A stretch of DNA of 58,137 nucleotides, the filler included, from Sphacelaria rigidula (Eukaryota), in the NCBI GenBank assembly GCA_964200075.2. It is 5 parts of 5 records of this genome, joined end to end, with 100 filler letters (N's around TTAATTAATTAA, not from the genome) between each part and the next. Parts side by side here need not be neighbours in the genome. Positions count along the whole stretch, not along the records: positions 46,592 to 58,137 come from CAXNAA020004804.1; 4 more parts are not named here. One strand, written 5' to 3'. Positions 51,486 to 58,137 of the stretch are shown in pieces. The position numbers and the translations under genes were made by a program. Under the pieces are notes generated by a model. It did not search any database, was not told the origin of the DNA, and saw only the letters and a program-made list of their open reading frames with translations. The first letter of the stretch is position 1. Each line of letters opens with the position of its first letter.

Positions 51486-53474
51486 GGTTAGTGATGTTTG
51501 GGTTAAAATCGTGATCCCAGCCTGTATATGTCCGCTCTTATTCTCAACTCTTGGAGATAACATGTGAGTGGTTGATCAAACCTACGTTCCTCCTACATGG
51601 GGTTATTCGTGAGCTCTTTGTCACGGACCCCATTTCACAGGTGCGAACGCACAGTGGAAATCGCATCTTCTAGGCACCGAGTTCAGTGGTACGGGTCGTT
51701 ATACAAAAATTAAACCGAAACCAGCTACTTTTCGTTGTTTTCCATGATTCTTGAACGTATTTTATTCGGATTTTCTTGTGTTGGTGGATACACGTGCGCT
51801 ACTCGAGCCCTATGTGCCGCAGAGACGTCAACAAGATTGAGTTTTTCGGGTATTTGTTGTCCAGGCCCGGTCTGGGCTTCATATCCCTCCACGAGCTTGC
51901 TGCAGCTGAGGACAGTAGCTGTAGGGGAGCTGTAGGAAAGACATGCAGCCAGCATTTGGCAATATCTTCACAAGCTCTACTGAAAGTCATGAAGCGAGCG
52001 TATGGTATACCTTCGAGAGGAGGCGACGCTCTAGCACGTGGGGTCGCACACGCAAGATAGACACATATTCCACGTCAGCTGTCTGATGTCGCGCGTGTCG
52101 AGTGCTTGATTGTCTTCGCCAGTATTTCTCAACAACTTTATGTGGCGGTAACGACTGTATCTTTACCGCAAGATGCGCGAACCCCGGCCAGCCGGTGGGC
52201 ATCGCGTGCGTACTCCCTGTACGACACCAATCAACACGAGCAATCCAGAACAAAACCACGGCGGCCAACAATGGGGATATAGTCCCTTTCTCAGGGGTTG
52301 TTCCGTCCGGGCAGCATGAAGCATCCTACCGTTTGATCATATCTCATGCCCCGAATCCAAAGCCGTGTAGGATGCAGGAGCAAGCTAAGCGCAAATGGAG
52401 ACTGCAACGCCATTCCCGGCCACCGCAATCATACCGCGGACACGGCGACGCTCAAAGCGAACGCTGAGTACACCAACCCGTATTCAAAAAGACAAGCGTG
52501 GGACTTCCTGGCAGCAAGCCCCAGTGAAGGCGGGGGCGATTAAAAAAAATGACGAGAGAAAAAATCGACATTTTTTCCCCTCGGCACTTTTTTTCCGCTC
52601 GGAAAGGGGAAAAAACGGCAATGTTTGGGCCTACTACTTTTTTGCAGCCATTTGGCGGCATGGTTCAAGCACGAGCTGCAAATTTCAAACACATTTTCTT
52701 GACCCAAAAAACACCGTAGAGTAAACAAAAAAAAATATATCGGACATTGTTAGGGGCCCGCACAAATTTAGGTACCTTTACTTATGGGACAGATGCAGTA
52801 GGGCAGTAGTGTAAAGATTTATGCACGACAGCAACTTATGCTGCACTTTCATAAAAAAAAGCACCCATAATATGCTGTACACCCTACTGTAACGTACCCA
52901 CGAGTTTACTGCCTCTGGCACGGTGTGTTGCATGTGGTCGTCGTAGCTACTGACCGTGAAGTACAACTACAACTGTAGCTGTAGCTACTGACAGTAAAGT
53001 AGGGCTTGTGAAGATATCTTTCCTACAGCTTCCCTACAGCTACTGTCCTGAGCTGCAGCAAGCTCGTGGAGGGAAATGAAGCCCAGACCGGGCCTGGACA
53101 ACAAATACCCGAAAAACTCAATCTTGTTGACCTCTCTGCGGCACATAGGGCTCAAGTAGCGCACATGTATCCACCAACACAAGAAAATCCGAATAAAATC
53201 CGTTCAAGAATCGTGGAAAACAACGAAAAGTAGCTGGTTTCGGTTTTTAATTTTTGTATCACGACCTGTACCAATGGGCTCGGTGCCTAGAAGATGCTAT
53301 TTCCACTATGCGTTCGCACCTGTGAAATGGGGTCCGTGACAAAGAGCTCACGAATAACCCCATGTAGGAGGAATGTAGGTTTGATCAATCACTCACATGT
53401 TATCTCCAAGAGTTGAGAATAAGAGCGAACATATATAGGCTGGGATCACGATTTTAACCCAAACATCACTGACC
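51486..53474. mobile_element. About 2-kb non-coding element bounded by ~470-bp inverted repeats (foldback or non-autonomous DNA transposon)
   Basis: 51486-~51980 (GGTTAGTGATGTTTGGGTTAAAATCGTGATCCCAGCC...) is the near-exact reverse complement of ~53000-53474 (...GGCTGGGATCACGATTTTAACCCAAACATCACTGACC). No TSD is seen. Confidence 0.85.
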
Positions 53475-54177
53475 GTAGTCCAAAGAGTATGCCCTTCTAG
53501 CTAGAATGTCGTACCCTTTGTTGTAGTCAGTATCGTGTACGATGGCCTAGCTGCCTACAACAACAGTCAGTACATTCGGTTTGGAGTCAGTTCGAGCTAC
53601 ACTTGAATGTTGTAAAGTTGTAAGAAGACTAACCTTTAGCAGCAGATTGCAGCACGCAAGAAGAAAGAATAATCCTTCGAGTGCATGCAAGATGTGTTCC
53701 CACAATGGCAATGACGGGGGACGACGTTGTGTCGCAGAAATACGGTGTTGTGTCTCTTACGTAGCTTCTGGAAACTTCTGCCTAACTGTAAAATCACTTG
53801 GTCGTTGCAGATTGCTCAGGTTGAGCCGCATTTTCTGAAATAACGTGGGTGGATGATGGATAACGACCGCAGCAATTAAGTTGCACGCTGGTCTGTGTTC
53901 AGGGTTTGAACAGTCAGCAGTTAAATGTGCGAGTAAACTTCTAGCAAGAGCGCCGACGCCTCACAATAACCGAAGTACACTACAACAACACAGACGACTG
54001 GAGTTTCGGCGAGGTGGTATCGCGCAAAGCAAAGGAATCTCTTCAGACTACGCTTACGGCTTATCGCGAAGGGGAAGCTGGGTGCACCGTTATTTGTCAC
54101 AATATCTCTTTGTTTTAGTACTCAACTGTCGTGTTCCTGGAGCTGGGTGATTTTCTATAGGAGGTACTCACAGGGGT

Positions 54178-54804
54178 ATGGGATGTTCAGCATCCACGGA
54201 TAAGGGGGGGGCGTGGTTCGGCGAAAACCGCCCGAAAGAAATCGACAAGTGCACAGCGGTGTCTCCCGAGGTGCGATGGACCTGGCTCCGAGAACGTACG
54301 CTCTTCACCTTTTGTGAGCTACGTTCACTTCTCAAAATCTACCAAACAGCTACAATGTTTCGCGACAACTCCCACACCTTACTTGGGGCCGGTCACAAGC
54401 AGGGGCAGCTTGTCACAACTCCAGACGAGGATGATGATACCCTTGTCAGACGTACATCCATCACTACTAAAGCGCCTACAACAGGTGGCGGCGGCGGTGG
54501 CGGCGGTAACGTCGTACTTCACGAAGCTTCAATATCCACGACAGCTGATGCACGAGCTCCGTCTTCATTATGTTCTACCGTTATTGCTTCAAGCCAGGGC
54601 AGCAGTAGTAGTCGAACATCAAGAGAGAGCTCTGACCGGATGGACAAGATGCAGTTTTTGGCAGCTTGTCGAGCCGATGAGGGCTTCCGATTATCCGAGG
54701 TGGTTGGCGGTTTTGGATCTCGACTTTTCGATGTATTGGACGACAGTGGCCGGGGGACGCTGAGCTTCGAGGAGTTCACCTTGGGCATGAGCAAGCTTTT
54801 GAGG
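54178..54804 (+). CDS. N-acylated EF-hand calcium sensor (NCS/recoverin or calcineurin-B-like), first coding exon
   Basis: MGCSAS N-terminus (Gly2 myristoylation, Cys3 palmitoylation pattern); TLFTFCELRSLLKIY; RLFDVLDDSGRGTLSFEEFTLGMSKLLR EF-hand; GTACGT donor in phase 0. Confidence 0.85.
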
Positions 54805-57538
54805 GTACGTTTATGACAGATATAATGTTGTGCAGAGGTACGGTCCTGTTCTCAGTTCATTTCCTGATTGTCGCGCATGTTTATGTTGTTTTCACTTACT
54901 GTACTCTTACTGACTGTATGTCGCTTTTACAACGTTTCATATTGTTCACTTCATCATAAGCGTATGTTGTCCGTGTCATCGTGGTGTTCTCTCACACACA
55001 GTACAGGTACAAGTAGCCATGATTAATCGATATGACAGATATGATGCATCTCCTAATGCATCTCCAAACCAATTCCCCGAATCCATTGCTATTAATAGAT
55101 GAAAAATTCGTAGCGTGTCCTGCGATATATGATGTTTGAATTTGACATGTACAGTATACCATATTTTTTCTCCTCTCATGAGCCAGCAGGCGATCAGCAG
55201 GTGACGGACACTTCCGGTACGAATGCTGTAGCAGGCTTGTTCACCTGTCCACCACCGTGAACGGATGTTGAAGGAAATGCTGTACTGCTTTTATATGGCG
55301 CTGTACATGGAGCAGATGATCGAGATTGTTTTTTCATCTGTCTTAATTGGAAGATCGTGTTTCATAAGCTGAAATACTTTGCCGTTCTCCCTTGGTTTTC
55401 GTATACTCGTACTGCCAATGTCTGCGCACAGTAGGTACTGCGCAATGCGCAGTACTACGTCCTGGGCATCTGATTCGGACGCCTCCCGCGGTCACGAGCG
55501 TGTAGTAGGAAATGGAAAAAATAATCGGGCCAATGGACATGCGCGGCAATAAGGAAATAAATGGAAGAAATACTGCTATACTTCTAGAGCAGTCATGATT
55601 GGCAGACATAAACAGTACGGCAGAAGTACGTAGCAGCACTATTGCGTGTACAGTGTTGTGCTGACTGTTGTACAGACAGTACTCCATAGTACAATCAGTA
55701 CTATTAGAGGTTGAGTATCTCGAGCTCGAGGTCCCCGGCATACTCAACAGTGTTTCATTGTTGAGTATGTCAAGAACCCCATGTTTGAGATATCTCCAAT
55801 GTTGTCCAGGCCTCTCATTATCGTGCTGGTTATTACTGATCTCTAGGAAAATGTCCCTGTCTGTCTCGAGAAAACGACGGTTGCGAGGGCAGTCCATCTG
55901 GATCATCAAGACCTTTCCAAGTGAAATTGAAGCCGATTCAAAAACTGACGTATGGTCGCTGAGCAGAGACAGGCAGTGATCCCTTCATGGATGGTCATCC
56001 GCAAGGAAAATAACTAGGCATGCATTGCTCGACCCTGATGCCTCGATTCTCACCACTAGCCACTGGTAACATCGTTAGGCCAGAGCAATCATGGCGTTAC
56101 AAACGATCGTGTGAGATGACATCGAGCGATTCGAGCTCTTGACAACCTGACATATTTATGGACTGCACCGCTGTCCAGTCCAGATGTGCCTGTTAGTACC
56201 GTGCAATCTATCCGAATCGAATTCAAGTATTCTAATCTACCATGTAGATGGCAAAATCTGACGGTATACTGTTGTACGGGTATAGGCAAAATTTGGCACC
56301 ATACGCTAACTACTGTAGTACTACAGAAGTCAATAGGCGGTTCCACGTGACCTAAACCTCATGCTAACAAATGCGGTGTGTGAGAGATATGAATTATGCA
56401 AGTATGGCATTTGTCTAGGTCCCACGACTGACTCTTGTGTCTAGTATGAGTGGTGACTTTAACGTCACCGTTTAATACGCCGTTTGATGTTGTACTTGGA
56501 GTTCAACTTAGTTCAACTTCACCCTCACACAAGACACGAGACCGAGTCGAGCAGTATAGGCAGTACAGTACAGTAGCGAAAAATTGGCTGAGTTAAAGCG
56601 AATGATCAAAGCCACTCTCAATCAGCATTCTACTCTCAATCTCACGAAAACATTGTTTAGTGTGCATTGCAGTAGCGATCTGTCGGATGGAATTCGTGGA
56701 CAGCAATACCGTGTTTACTGTGCGGCTTTGTGTAGAGTTGATGAGAGTGAGGGTCGATACAAGATCAGAGGTACTGTATCTCAAACTCGATTCCCGATTT
56801 CCTTTGTTTTGTTCTACTTTTCAAGTGAAAGTGATGGCGATTCATCAGACAATGAGACCCTTCTGGCCGCCAGGTCAGGTCCGTCCTCCTACGGATCGCC
56901 GTCACTTTCACTTGAAAAAAATAGCACAAAACCCAGAGCCAGCGAAAAAAACAGGAAACGGTGAACCGGGTTCGAGATGCAGTACCTCTACTGTCTGTAC
57001 TTGTATTATACCACCATATTTCTTAACCCTTGGGCTACTTTTTATCTATCGAAAAACACGTTGTCAGAAAAGCCCTTTTTCAACAACACGATTTCCAACA
57101 GAATTTTCCAACTAGCCCTTCTTCCGTGATCGACGTACTAACATTGAAAACGCAGTGTTGATCGTTTTCTATGCGGTGTCCAGGCATAATTTCAACGTCT
57201 GGGGCACGCGAGAAAGACGCAGCACTCTGCTGTCCTGTCGTGGTGTACGGTCCGTACTAACTGGCTGTGCTTCTGTGATGACATTGCCTGAGCAATACAT
57301 GGTGGGCTGCGTGATGCAAAACCATCAAAAAGAATACGGCTACGGCCTTGCTGTACCAACTGACTGTAAAAGTGACGGTTGTGCTCAAGGGGTGTGACAT
57401 ATCTACCTGGTAGATATGTCATACCCTTTGGTTGTGCTTTTCACTGCACGGTACTGTTGTACTTAACTGAAATGACAGCACAGACAATAGTATACACAAC
57501 AGAGCTGTATTGCATGCATCGGCTGTAGTTCTACAACA

Positions 57539-57900
57539 GTAGCACTGTTCATAGTCCTGTTTGTACTGTCAGTATGATCCTGCATCTACAAGGCTTGGGT
57601 GCGTAGGTAGTCTGTACTGCAAAGCGACGTCTGTTCGCAACAAGTTGCATGCACAGACCTCAACTGAGCTGCAAGTTCGCTGCACTGTAGTACTCGGTTG
57701 TACGGGCACCACAGACAACAGTACAGACACCAGTGTTGTGTTGTATGCGTTGGATGTGCCACAGTAGTAGCACTGCCTATCTCATAGTCTCAAGTGTACT
57801 GTCAGTCCGGTCCTGTCCCTACAAGGCTTGGGTGCGTGGGCAGTCTGTAAAGCATTGCGACGGGTCTTCGCAACACGCGTGCACAGACATGAACTAAGCT
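57539..57900. repeat. Diverged direct repeat (about 130-bp blocks, about 230 bp apart)
   Basis: GTAGCACTG...TGTACTGTCAGT...CTACAAGGCTTGGGTGCGT...TGCACAGAC occurs twice. Confidence 0.8.
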
Positions 57901-58137
57901 ACAGTATTTTGTACGGACAACATACAGCATAGACTATGTTGTCTGTACAGCAGTTGCCATCGACGACCCTGCCCTCTGCTGTTCTGATGGGGTAGAGTGC
58001 CACCACGCTACTGGCGAGCGAAGGATAATGATTGAACGCGCTGAATGCCCGCGAGCACCGGCGACAGCATTAGTAGTGATGTCAGCCAAGCCATCACAGG
58101 TGCTGTAGCGGGCTGTAATGTGTGTTCAAACGTCTTC

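Noticed and set aside
56584..56650. AELKRMIKATL as a downstream EF-hand exon of the calcium sensor
   Set aside because: No preceding Ca-binding loop and no convincing splice acceptor.

Overview
Eukaryotic, intron-rich and repeat-rich DNA. It is most likely from a brown alga (Phaeophyceae); this is inferred from the long GT-AG introns, the TTAGGG-type repeats and the style of the retroelements. The window is not one locus. It is five contigs of nearly identical, non-increasing length (11549, 11548, 11548, 11546 and 11546 bp) joined by artificial 100-bp N/TTAATTAATTAA/N spacers. Contig 1 holds a decayed Ty3/Gypsy LTR retrotransposon on the minus strand (protease, RT, RNase H, integrase, chromodomain and an extra C-terminal domain) abutting a Ty1/Copia remnant. 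Contig 2 holds exon 1 of a HACD/PTPLA 3-hydroxyacyl-CoA dehydratase, head-to-head with a complete 4-exon RPL27A (uL15) gene whose introns contain snoRNA-like sequences. Contig 3 holds a Copia gag plus several MITEs (hAT-type with 8-bp TSDs, TA-flanked and long-TIR types). Contig 4 holds a spliced protein-kinase-fold gene lacking the catalytic Asp and the Gly-rich loop, with a GC-AG intron. Contig 5 holds a tRNA-derived SINE, an AGCT-rich satellite, a 2-kb long-inverted-repeat element and exon 1 of an N-acylated EF-hand calcium sensor. No prokaryote-type system such as CRISPR is present. The best novelty leads are the chromo plus Tudor-like integrase tail, the pseudokinase and the intronic RNAs of RPL27A.
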